Positions 11,507 to 19,923 of a stretch of DNA of 64,000 nucleotides are shown here, piece after piece. Numbering within the stretch: the first letter of the stretch is position 1; each line of letters begins with the position of its first letter. This stretch comes from Verrucomicrobiota bacterium (GTDB lineage Bacteria > Verrucomicrobiota > Verrucomicrobiia > Limisphaerales > J093): contig JAXGQW010000015.1 of NCBI GenBank assembly GCA_040766265.1, forward strand, positions 14,711-78,710. The letters are read 5' to 3'. Below the pieces are notes generated by a model, which saw only the letters and a program-made list of their open reading frames with translations, searched no databases and was not told the origin of the DNA. The position numbers and the translations under genes are program-made.

Positions 11507-12210
11507 TTGGGTGTCTTTCTTAGAGTGAAGAAGCGGTTGCCGCCCAGAGATCCCTCCGCGGTGGGAGGAATCGAGACAAAGTTACCGCCAGGGTGATAGG
11601 ATCCCACATCGGTCATCCAGGAGTAGGCGCGTCCGGTGACTTCGATCTGATTGACTCGTTTGAGCCCCGCGTAACGGTCCGCCCCCTCGATGCCCTCTTT
11701 GATATAGGCGCGCGCCAAACCCTGGGCGTAGTTGAGCAACCCCGCGAACCGTCCGGGCTTGCTTCCGCTGTTGGCGATCTTGAGCAAATAGTTCAATCGC
11801 TCCTCAACACGCGGGGCGGTGACGAAACGTCCTTGTGCATCCCGATAGAATCCTTCGCACTGGCGGCGTTCGCCGGTGCCCGTGATGACATCAATGATGT
11901 TTGTCGTGCGCATGCCGGCGACGTGCTGCTGCGCATAGCCCTTGGGAATAAGATGCGTGCGCGCGTGCAACACCCAGAGGATTTGCAGCATGGCAGCTTG
12001 GGAAGTGGCCTCGCTTTCGTAAGCGCGTTCGCCAGGAAAAGCCACCTCGTTAATGAGCAACCGGGCCAAGTAGCCGCTCGTGCTGTCGGGCGGGTCCACT
12101 CGGGCGAACGGCGCCGAAGTCTGCGCCCGCGCGGTGGCGAGGCAGAGCAATAGCAGCAGGAGGAGGCGATTCGAGCCGTGAATCCCGGTCGCAATGCAAG
12201 TGTGTTTCAT
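11503..12210 (-). CDS. hypothetical secreted protein
   Basis: MKHTCIATGIHGSNRLLLLLLLCLATARAQ signal peptide. ATG 12210 chosen over the track start 12285. Translationally coupled to 10445..11506. Confidence 0.6.
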   Translation of the reverse strand: MKHTCIATGIHGSNRLLLLLLLCLATARAQTSAPFARVDPPDSTSGYLARLLINEVAFPGERAYESEATSQAAMLQILWVLHARTHLIPKGYAQQHVAGMRTTNIIDVITGTGERRQCEGFYRDAQGRFVTAPRVEERLNYLLKIANSGSKPGRFAGLLNYAQGLARAYIKEGIEGADRYAGLKRVNQIEVTGRAYSWMTDVGSYHPGGNFVSIPPTAEGSLGGNRFFTLRKTPK

Positions 12211-12915
12211 GTGGGACGGAACGGGGTTGTGCGCGGTAGGTGAAGCCGGAGACGGCGGGGGCTTCGCGCCAGGGAACGATGTCATCGGGCGTGTCCAGGG
12301 CGGTGTCGATCCAGCGACGCCGGTGTGAGGCCGCGGAGGTGTGGAGGGTGGGGAGCTCGAATTCGAGCGGCTCCCAGTAGGTGTTGAGGATCAGGTGCAT
12401 CGGGAGTCGCTCCGGACGGAGTTCAACCGCGAGCGCCAGGCTGTGGGAGTCGTCGCTCCAATCCGGATGGTGGAGACGGACACCGTGCCAGGCCTTCGTC
12501 GCTCCCTGGATGAGTTGGTTGAGGCTGAGTCGCTGGTGTTCGTGCTCGGTGGCGCGCAACAAGCGCCGGGCCATGAGCAACTTCACGAAGCGATGCAGGT
12601 GGGCGTGCTTCTGGAGCAACGTCCAATCGGACCAGCTCACTTGATTATCCTGGCAGTAGGCATTGTTGTTGCCACCCTGGGTGCGGCGGACTTCGTCGCC
12701 CATCACAAGCATCGGCACCCCCAGCGACAGGAGTGTGACCGTGAGAAAGTCCTTCACCTGTCGATTGCGCAGGCGCTCGACAGCCGGGTCGTCGCTGGGA
12801 CCTTCGATGCCGCAGTTCCAGCTCCGGCTGTCGTTGGCGCCGTCGCGGTTCTGCTCGCTGTTGGCTTCGTTGTGTTTGTCGTTATAGGAGACGAGGTCGT
12901 TGAGGCCCGGTTCAT
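12050..12915 (-). pseudogene. glgX: glycogen debranching enzyme GlgX, C-terminal ~40% only (5'-truncated)
   Basis: In-frame translation ...GLNDLVSYNDKHNEANSEQNRDGANDSRSWNCGIEGPSDDPAVERLRNRQVKDFLTVTLLSLGVPMLVMGDEVRRTQGGNNNAYCQDNQVSWSDW... matches the conserved GlgX C-terminal half. Similarity stops abruptly near 12915. The catalytic N-terminal ~430 aa is absent from the window. Confidence 0.8.
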
Positions 12916-12944
12916 CGGATCGGAGGCGACAAGGCTAAATGTGT

Positions 12945-13019
12945 GCTAACCCGCATATTTCACACCCCGTCGGTACACATGGCGGTCAGACTTCGCGAGA
13001 GGACTGCTATGCGGGTTAG
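12945..13019 (+). repeat. palindromic unit A (75 bp, GCTAACCCGCATA...TATGCGGGTTAG)
   Basis: Near-identical to 61585..61659 and similar to 45615..45687. Has a 12-bp perfect terminal stem. Confidence 0.8.
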
Positions 13020-13022
13020 AAA

Positions 13023-14910
13023 CGGAACTTCCATTAAGATCTGATGCCGGAATCGTGGTTTCGGCCTTATTTTTCAAGGGGTTTACGCACGTGGTTGATT
13101 TTCTTGCGCGTGCCTACGGTGACTTGTGCTTCGGGCACCGTCGCGGGGAGAACCAACTTCAGTGCCTGGAGCAGTTGCTGCTGGCGGGCACTGGGTTCGG
13201 GCACCTGGCGCGCCACGACCTTGCCGCTGCCCGAGTGAACCAGTTCCATGACGCAGAGCTGTTCGAGTTGGCGCAAGCCTTCTTCCACCGTGACTTCCAG
13301 CGACCACCAGGCTTGCTCCAAATGACGGCGCACTTTTAAGGCCAGCATCGCTGTCAAGGCGTGGGCTTGGGTGTTGTCTTCAGTGCAGACAAACCACGGT
13401 CGCATTTCCAGGTGCCCGGTCTTGAGGGTGCGGAAATCCCGCTCCACCAGGGCCAGGTCTTTGTACCGGTCATGGATCGTTTGCGCGTCGGCCGCCGCCG
13501 TTTTGAGATCCGTCTCGACCACATAGCAACCATCCAACTGCGCGGCGGCTTGCAGCGCCGCAGCGTCGAGGGTCAAGACCAACCGTTGTTGGCTGACGCT
13601 CAGTTTGAGCCAGTCCTGCACCTTGAAACTCGCCAGCCGGGCGGCCAAGTGTCGGTGCTGGGTGGCGACCTTGGCGCGCGGGTGCTCATCCAGATAGGTG
13701 TTGGCTTTCTTGAGGGCGGCTTCCAGCGCCTGTTGTTTCTCTTCGCGAGCCCGTTGGACTTCGGCTTGCCGGACGGGGTTGCGACGCAACACAAAACGCC
13801 GCCCGTCTTCGCCGAGCACCTCGTGGACTTTCTCCTCGAACAACTCCAGTTGGAGCACCTTGTCTGCCAGAAGCTTCTGGATCTGCGGCTTGGTCAGGGC
13901 GGTGAGGAAATGAAACTGCGCCTTCTGCGCGGCCGCTTTCTGGTCGGTGCGAATCATGCCCCGGTCGCCCACCAGGGTGACGCCCGTGCAGCCCAGCTCC
14001 TTTTTGATCTTATGGACTTGTTGGCCGAAGGTTTTGAGATCGCTGGTGTTGCCGCGATAAACCTGGATCGAGACGGGCTCCCCTTGGCTGTCGGTCAAGA
14101 GGCCGACGACGACCTGTTTCTTGCCCTCCTTGTGGTCCCGATTATAGCCCCAAGCCGCCAAGGCGTTGGAGTCGCCCTCCAAATAGCTGCTGGTCACATC
14201 GTAGAGAAAGAGTTGGTCCTTGGGAGGCGCGGGCCGAGCGTGCCACAGGCGCCGTTCGATCACGGCGTGACGGCCTTCGAGCCAGGCGCCGTTGGCATAG
14301 AGATCGTCTTCGGTGAAAGCGCGCTTCCAGCCCAAGAGCGCGGCGGCCGCACAGTGGGTGGCCAAACGGACCATGGCCAGCAAGGAGGGGCCGGGGCGCA
14401 GCACGCGGGCCACAACCTGCCAATAGCTCAACTGGGCCTGGCGCGTGACCCCGAGGGCTTTCTTAATCCCCAGGCGCTGGGCCACTTGGTCGATGGTCCA
14501 GAGCGCACCCATGCTGGGGCCTTGACGCAGTCGCAACGAGCCCTCGGAGGTGTCGGCCAGTTTGGCCAGTGAGTCAGCGGGTTGGGCGAGGGCGCGGCGG
14601 ACGGCGTCCAGGACATGGGCTGGCAGGTGGGTCAAGACGGCGAGGGTCTTGGACTTGACGGAGGAGCCGACGCGAAAAGACTCGCGCAAGAGGATCGATG
14701 TGTAGGCCTTGCCCTGCTTGCCTTTGGAGACGACTTCGGCAATGAACATGCCTACACCATATACCTTTATTGATCATTGTCAATATAATTATTCTAGAAG
14801 TATGTGAATAATAACCTGCCTACATGTGGCACAAAGTTGAAGGTGCATGAAACCCGCGTCAGATCGAGGCCCAATGAAGGTTTAGGGCCAAAAACTCACT
14901 GGAATCTCCG
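13023..14910 (-). mobile_element. IS1634-family insertion sequence (1888 bp) flanked by 6-bp direct repeat TAGAAA
   Basis: Imperfect terminal inverted repeats CGGAACTTCCATTAAG (13023-13038) and CGGAGATTCCAGTGAG (reverse complement of 14895-14910), 12/16 matching. TAGAAA at 13017-13022 and 14911-14916. The flanks reconstitute the A|B junction seen uninterrupted at 61655-61670. An AT-rich 5' region (14750-14900) contrasts with the GC-rich host. Confidence 0.8.
13067..14749 (-). CDS. IS1634-family (IS4-like DDE) transposase
   Basis: 560-aa intact ORF. N-terminus [43 protein letters not shown] resembles IS1634-family transposases. Has ...[10 protein letters not shown]... around a DDE Asp. Confidence 0.88.
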   Translation of the reverse strand: MFIAEVVSKGKQGKAYTSILLRESFRVGSSVKSKTLAVLTHLPAHVLDAVRRALAQPADSLAKLADTSEGSLRLRQGPSMGALWTIDQVAQRLGIKKALGVTRQAQLSYWQVVARVLRPGPSLLAMVRLATHCAAAALLGWKRAFTEDDLYANGAWLEGRHAVIERRLWHARPAPPKDQLFLYDVTSSYLEGDSNALAAWGYNRDHKEGKKQVVVGLLTDSQGEPVSIQVYRGNTSDLKTFGQQVHKIKKELGCTGVTLVGDRGMIRTDQKAAAQKAQFHFLTALTKPQIQKLLADKVLQLELFEEKVHEVLGEDGRRFVLRRNPVRQAEVQRAREEKQQALEAALKKANTYLDEHPRAKVATQHRHLAARLASFKVQDWLKLSVSQQRLVLTLDAAALQAAAQLDGCYVVETDLKTAAADAQTIHDRYKDLALVERDFRTLKTGHLEMRPWFVCTEDNTQAHALTAMLALKVRRHLEQAWWSLEVTVEEGLRQLEQLCVMELVHSGSGKVVARQVPEPSARQQQLLQALKLVLPATVPEAQVTVGTRKKINHVRKPLEK

Positions 14911-14917
14911 TAGAAAA

Positions 14918-15040
14918 GCAAAACCGCGCCCCGTTCGAGAGATAGAGAACTGCAGCACACTGTTCCCATCGCAAGGCGCCTTCAGGACCGGCAGGATGGC
15001 CCCGGGTCCCTTTCTGGGCGCGGTTTTGCCACAGCCCGGA
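14918..15040 (+). repeat. palindromic unit B (112 bp, GCAAAACCGCGCC...GGCGCGGTTTTGC) plus stub of unit C
   Basis: 13-bp perfect terminal stem. Homologous to 45692..45803 and 61664..61775, and inverted at 34873..34984 and 36506..36618. Confidence 0.8.
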
Positions 15041-16475
15041 CCGCCGGCTCTTCCCCTATGCGTAGGAATTCGAGCCGGTGGTTGGCGTCCGGGTTGCGGG
15101 TGGACGGACCGGCGACCAGCAGGGCGACGCGGCCTGGCACTTGGTGCTCGCGCAGCCAGTTCCGGGCGAACTCGCGCCAGCTCTCCGGACTCTCCGTCAA
15201 GTGCACGGCGTGGACCCCATAGGAGAAGGCCAACCCCTGGCAAACGGCGGGATCGCCGCTCAGGGCGACGAGCCAGACGGCCGGATTGAAGCGCGAGATC
15301 ATGCGGGCGGTCGTGCCAGTATGGGTCGGCACGAAAACTGCCGCGCAGGGGACCGTGTCCAACGCATTCTCGACGACCAAGGCGATGCCCTCGGCGGCGC
15401 TGGCAGGCTGACGCCGGCCGCCCATGGCCCGGAGATCGCTCCGCCGCGTGGCCGGGCAATGGGCCTCAGTGTAGGCGGCGATCTTCGCCAGCATGGCGAC
15501 GGCTTCCTCGGGGTATTTGCCCATGGCGGACTCGGACGAGAGCATGATGCAGTCGGTGCCGTCGAGGATGGCGTTGGCGACGTCGGTAGCCTCGGCGCGT
15601 GTCGGGAGGCGGCTGGTTACCATGGACTCGAGCATTTGGGTGGCGGTGATGACCGGTTTGCCAGCCAGGCTCGCCTGGGCGATGAGTCGCTTCTGCAAGA
15701 TGGCCATCTCCTCGATGGGCACTTCGACCCCGAGATCGCCTCGCGCCAGCATGATCCCGTCAGTGACCCGGAGGATCTCCTCGAAGTGGCGGAGCGCGTC
15801 TGCCCGCTCGATCTTTGCGATGACGAAGGGGTGTTTGCCGATGGCGTCAGCGGCAGCGCGCACAGCCTGCACATCAGCGGCGGTTTCGACAAACGACTGG
15901 CTGACCGCGTCGACCCCGTTGGTGAGGGCGAACTCGAGGCAGGCCCGGTCATGATCGGTGAAGGCGCTGATGCCCAGGTCGATCCCCGGGAGATTCAGGC
16001 CCTTCTTGGAACGTAACTCACCGCCGACCACGACTTGGCAGTGCACGTCGCGTCCCGTGACGCGCTCGACCACGAGTTGCACGAGGCCGTCGTTGAGGAA
16101 GAGTTGGTCGCCCGGCTTCACGACCTGCGGCAATCGGGCGAAGCTCATCGACGCGCGCTGCGGGTTCCCGACGACGTCTTCACTCGTCAACGTGAAGCGG
16201 TCGCCGGCCTGCAGTTGGATCGCTTCCGGTTCCAGCTTGCCGATACGCATCTTGGGGCCGGGCAGGTCGGCCATGATGGCCACACGCCGCCCCGTCGCCG
16301 TTTCCGCGGCGCGGATGCGGGCAATGCGTTCAGCGTGGCCGGCGAAGTCGCCGTGCGAGAAGTTGAGCCGTGCGACATTCAGGCCCGCGCGAATGAGCCG
16401 CTCGAGCATGTCCGGCGATTCCGAGGCCGGCCCGATGGTGGCGACGATCTTGGTTTTGTTTGGGGGCAGGGTCAT
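14982..16475 (-). CDS. pyk: pyruvate kinase
   Basis: MTLPPNKTKIVATIGPASESPDMLERLIRAGLNVARLNFSHG..., MADLPGPKMRIG and MLSSESAMGKYP. ATG 16475 is preferred; the track start 16631 adds 52 non-homologous residues. The last ~18 codons and the stop lie inside repeat unit B. Confidence 0.93.
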   Translation of the reverse strand: MTLPPNKTKIVATIGPASESPDMLERLIRAGLNVARLNFSHGDFAGHAERIARIRAAETATGRRVAIMADLPGPKMRIGKLEPEAIQLQAGDRFTLTSEDVVGNPQRASMSFARLPQVVKPGDQLFLNDGLVQLVVERVTGRDVHCQVVVGGELRSKKGLNLPGIDLGISAFTDHDRACLEFALTNGVDAVSQSFVETAADVQAVRAAADAIGKHPFVIAKIERADALRHFEEILRVTDGIMLARGDLGVEVPIEEMAILQKRLIAQASLAGKPVITATQMLESMVTSRLPTRAEATDVANAILDGTDCIMLSSESAMGKYPEEAVAMLAKIAAYTEAHCPATRRSDLRAMGGRRQPASAAEGIALVVENALDTVPCAAVFVPTHTGTTARMISRFNPAVWLVALSGDPAVCQGLAFSYGVHAVHLTESPESWREFARNWLREHQVPGRVALLVAGPSTRNPDANHRLEFLRIGEEPAVRAVAKPRPERDPGPSCRS

Positions 16476-16536
16476 AGCGGATGAAGTGACTGGACAGTCC
16501 GCAGGACGAATGGAAGTGCCGCCTCGACCCGTGCCT

Positions 16537-16555
16537 CTCCCCATCCGATGGGGAG
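16537..16555. repeat. short GC hairpin CTCCCCAT-CCG-ATGGGGAG
   Basis: Perfect 8-bp stem read directly. A related hairpin, CCTCTCCC-GCT-GGGAGAGG, is at 61959..61977. Confidence 0.5.
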
Positions 16556-16722
16556 AAGGTGCCCCCGCGGATGCAGGGGAAGGGAAAGGCGCAGCATATC
16601 CCACAGACTGCGGCATGGAAGAGGTTTCCATGTTCGTGGTTTCAAGAGAGAACCGAACCTTCCACGTAGGGTTTTGTCGCTCGCCAGCGCTTGGAGGTTG
16701 GCGACGGTGGTCGTGAGGGTCG

Positions 16723-16917
16723 TCATGATGGGCGCTGGCCCTGGCGCAGTTCCGTCTCGGCTTTCAACCAGTGTTCGACGTCGCGACCTTCGGGCCGGCC
16801 TTCCTGTTCCCAGGTGGCGTGTGCCGCAGCCGCGATGTCCTCGCGAGTGGGCTCGCTCATGGGAGCGGGAAAGGCCTTCGATGCCGGTCGTTGCTTTGTG
16901 GTTTTGGTCTTCTTCAT
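16723..16917 (-). CDS. DUF2934 family small protein
   Basis: MKKTKTTKQRPASKAFPAPMSEPTREDIAAAAHATWEQEGRPEGRDVEHWLKAETELRQ. The W-E-x-x-G-R-P-x-G-R-D-x-E-x-W-L-x-A-E pattern is characteristic of DUF2934. ATG 16917 lies within track ORF 16723..17139. Confidence 0.7.
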   Translation of the reverse strand: MKKTKTTKQRPASKAFPAPMSEPTREDIAAAAHATWEQEGRPEGRDVEHWLKAETELRQGQRPS

Positions 16918-16943
16918 GGGTGTCTCTTTACAGGTTTGCGTGG

Positions 16944-18206
16944 TTACTCGAATCGTTCGGGCTGGCCCGTGGACGCCAGCACGGCACTCCAGGCGAAGCC
17001 GCCCGGGTCCATCGCCTTCTTTCGGCTGGTGAGCAGTTCGATGGGGATGTGAATGAACCGATCGTGCATGTAACCGATCACCAGGCCGGTCTTGCCTGCC
17101 ATGGCCGCATGCACTGCGAAGCGGGCAAACAGATCGCACAGGATCGCGTCCTCGGAGTTGGCCGGGCTGCTGCGGATCAGATAGCTCGGATCGAAGTAGC
17201 GCATGACCACCGGTATCTGCCTGGCCTGGAAGTGAGCCTCGATCTGTCGGCGCAAGAACGGGCCAATGTCCTCGAGCTTGACGTTCCCCGATGCGTCCCG
17301 CTCGTTGGACAAAGCTTGCAGCAAGTCCTGCCCTGCTCCTTCGGCGACGACCACGACCGCATGCCCGCGTTGGCGAATCCGCTCCTCGAGGGCGGCGAGA
17401 AACCCGCCCGGCCCCTCGAGTCTGAAAGGCACCTCCGGCACCAGGGTGAAGTTCACGTCCTGGCTGGCGACCGTGGCTCCCGCGGCGATGAAGCCGGCGT
17501 GACGGCCCATCAGTTTGACGAGGGCAATCCCGTTCTCGACACTGCGCGCTTCCGTATGCGCTCGATGGAGCACTTGGGCCGCCTCCTGAACGGCGGTGAG
17601 ATAGCCGAACGTCCGCGTCACGAAGGGCACGTCGTTGTCCACCGTCTTGGGAATGCCGACCACGGCGAGAGCATGGCCCCGCCGGCGGGCTTCTTGGAAC
17701 AGCTCGTTGCCGCCGCGTTGCGTGCCGTCGCCCCCGATGGTGAAGAGGATATCGACACCGCGGCGGATAAGATGTTCCACGGCGATGCCGACGTCCACCG
17801 GGCCGCGCGAGGTGCCGAGGACTGTGCCACCCTCTTTGTGGATATCATCGACGAACTCGTGCGTCAGCGCGATAGGCTCGGGGCTGCGGGCGGGGTCGAG
17901 CCCTTGGTAACCGCCCCGGAAGCCCAGCACCTCCTTCACACCGTAGGCATGTTGGAGTGCGAAGAAAAGCGATCGAATGACATTGTTCAAACCCGGGCAC
18001 AGACCGCCGCAGGTCACAATGCCGGCCCGCGTCCGGGGCGGATCGAAGAAAAGCCGGGCGCGGGGGCCAGCCAGTTCGAAAAGCAGTTCGGAACCTGGCT
18101 GCGTCCGTGGGTCGCGCACGAACTGCTCCGGCACCCGGAGGGCGTCATCGACCGTGCGGCGGATGGGTGAGGGGAAACGCGGCTCCCCGAGGTCAGTAAT
18201 GTTCAT
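16944..18206 (-). CDS. pfkA: ATP-dependent 6-phosphofructokinase
   Basis: GIVTCGGLCPGLNNVIRS, FTIGGDGTQRG (GGDG suggests ATP- rather than PPi-dependent), IPKTVDNDV and MGRHAGFIA. Confidence 0.93.
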   Translation of the reverse strand: MNITDLGEPRFPSPIRRTVDDALRVPEQFVRDPRTQPGSELLFELAGPRARLFFDPPRTRAGIVTCGGLCPGLNNVIRSLFFALQHAYGVKEVLGFRGGYQGLDPARSPEPIALTHEFVDDIHKEGGTVLGTSRGPVDVGIAVEHLIRRGVDILFTIGGDGTQRGGNELFQEARRRGHALAVVGIPKTVDNDVPFVTRTFGYLTAVQEAAQVLHRAHTEARSVENGIALVKLMGRHAGFIAAGATVASQDVNFTLVPEVPFRLEGPGGFLAALEERIRQRGHAVVVVAEGAGQDLLQALSNERDASGNVKLEDIGPFLRRQIEAHFQARQIPVVMRYFDPSYLIRSSPANSEDAILCDLFARFAVHAAMAGKTGLVIGYMHDRFIHIPIELLTSRKKAMDPGGFAWSAVLASTGQPERFE

Positions 18207-18252
18207 GGTTCTGACATCTTGATTGTCTCGCCCGTCTTGGGCAGGCAGCAGT

Positions 18253-19125
18253 TCAGAAATCGACGCTTAGCGCAACAACCAGCGTAGGCTCGCTTTCGTC
18301 CGGGTTGAAAACGCAGGTTGTCAGGCTGGCGGCTCGATAGGCGAATCCCAGCAACAGGCCGCGCTGGAGGTCACGGTCCGAATCGTAAAGCCGCGTCCGT
18401 TGCGTCACCAGGCCGAATCGCAACCATTCAACCGGCGCGAGGGTGAGCTCGGACCAGTTGTAGAAGAAGCTCGCCGATGTGTCGGCAGTGTCGATCACAT
18501 ATTCGCCTTCACTGTGCAGTTCAAGCTTCCACCAGCTCAAGGACCCTCTGTAACCGGGAGCGATGCCGGTCGTGTTGCCGAAGACGCCCCCGAGCATGGG
18601 GGTCAACTCCCAGGTCAGTGTGTTTCCCCCGCCAAGATTGTAGCCCACCCACGCCGAGCCAGTCTCGAGATCTTCGTAATTGTAGCGCGCCTCCAGGTGC
18701 AGCCAGTCGCGGTCGGCTGCGAAGGTCGGCTGCACGTATTCGCGGTCGTCAGGAACGAAATAGGCATAGAGCGAGGCGGAAAACGACCAATCCCCTCCTT
18801 CTTTCGCTTCGTTGCTCACCGCCGATGTCTGGGATGCCCCCGGGGGCGAGGCGTCTGCCGTCTGGCCCCGGGCGGCCAGGGCGGCAAGCCCCACGAGCAC
18901 GGTGGCTGCCGCACGTAAGCCGTTCTCTCCGAAAAGGGCCCTATGGACCGCGGAGCACACGAAGCGCACGATAGGGGAACGAAATCCGAGGAGCGAGGCT
19001 GCCACCCGGAAGGCGGGAAACACTTGTTCCGCAGGAGGCTTTTTTGCCTGCCTTTTGCTGTGTTCCGCGGCGTTGGTTGTCGGGTGGAGTTGCATAGCCG
19101 TGGGAGGGTTCAAGGCCGCGCCCAC
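18253..19125 (-). CDS. hypothetical outer-membrane beta-barrel-like protein (start uncertain)
   Basis: Alternating hydrophobic/aromatic pattern, Gly/Tyr-rich strands, C-terminal ...LVVALSVDF ending in Phe. Signal-like LRAAATVLVGLAALAARGQ. No family recognised. Confidence 0.5.
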   Translation of the reverse strand: MGAALNPPTAMQLHPTTNAAEHSKRQAKKPPAEQVFPAFRVAASLLGFRSPIVRFVCSAVHRALFGENGLRAAATVLVGLAALAARGQTADASPPGASQTSAVSNEAKEGGDWSFSASLYAYFVPDDREYVQPTFAADRDWLHLEARYNYEDLETGSAWVGYNLGGGNTLTWELTPMLGGVFGNTTGIAPGYRGSLSWWKLELHSEGEYVIDTADTSASFFYNWSELTLAPVEWLRFGLVTQRTRLYDSDRDLQRGLLLGFAYRAASLTTCVFNPDESEPTLVVALSVDF

Positions 19126-19219
19126 GAACTGCCGGCGAGCCTAGCGTCATCGCCGATGCCATGGAAATCGAGGTTCACCGAGGCAAATGGATGCAGGGAT
19201 CGACATGGGCCTCTCTCCT

Positions 19220-19876
19220 TCAACCCCCCAGCGCGATGGTGAGGGCGACGAGCAAGCCGCCCAACCCAACCATCGAAAGGCCGACCAGCCAAGGTGACCG
19301 TCCCACGCAGCGGCCATAGGCAAAACCGGCCAGGAACAGCATGGCGATGGCGATTGCGTTGGAACCGCGCATGGCCAGCGGGGCGCTCTGCAAGAAGATG
19401 AACGGCACCGCCACGGGAAAAGTGGACAAGAACACGAGGAGGAACACGCCCAGAGCTCCCCGCCAATCGCTCCAACTCAGCCGCGGGTGCGGTGGCGGCT
19501 CAGGCAGTTGGTTCATTCGTTGGCGTATCCTCTCGAGGTCCGTTGCGTCAAGCACGGCAGCAAGGGCCGAAGGGACGGCGTCCGCGATCAGCCGATGCGC
19601 CGTTTCCGGATCAGCCTGACGCACGGCGCGCAGAGTGGCGATGTCGCTCGCTTTTTCCGCCAGACATCCCATGAGATAGAACACGCCGTCGATGATCCCC
19701 CAGGCCAGATTGCAGCCGAGGGCACCGATGAGCATTGTGCGCACGTCGTCCCGGCCCGCCTCGGCGACGCTCAGCGAGCCGGTGAAGGTGAGGACCATGA
19801 TCAGTCCGAACAGGACTTCGGAGATGCGTTCGTTCGGCTCGAGGACCCGTTTAGAGGTTGTGATCGGTTCGTTCAT
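19220..19876 (-). CDS. integral membrane protein, tentatively VIT1/CCC1-like
   Basis: MNEPITTSKRVLEPNERISEVLFGLIMVLTFTGSLSV... with several TM segments. The family call is from memory of similar annotated proteins and is tentative. ATG 19876 preferred over the track start 20005. Confidence 0.55.
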   Translation of the reverse strand: MNEPITTSKRVLEPNERISEVLFGLIMVLTFTGSLSVAEAGRDDVRTMLIGALGCNLAWGIIDGVFYLMGCLAEKASDIATLRAVRQADPETAHRLIADAVPSALAAVLDATDLERIRQRMNQLPEPPPHPRLSWSDWRGALGVFLLVFLSTFPVAVPFIFLQSAPLAMRGSNAIAIAMLFLAGFAYGRCVGRSPWLVGLSMVGLGGLLVALTIALGG

Positions 19877-19923
19877 CGTCAGCGGCTTGGATGGGTGGGG
19901 CAGTGGGTGACGGGGGCGCTGCT

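Noticed and set aside
12915-13023. IS1634 insertion as the cause of the glgX truncation
   Set aside because: The IS has its own 6-bp target duplication within the A|B repeat junction. GlgX homology ends about 100 bp away, on the other side of unit A.
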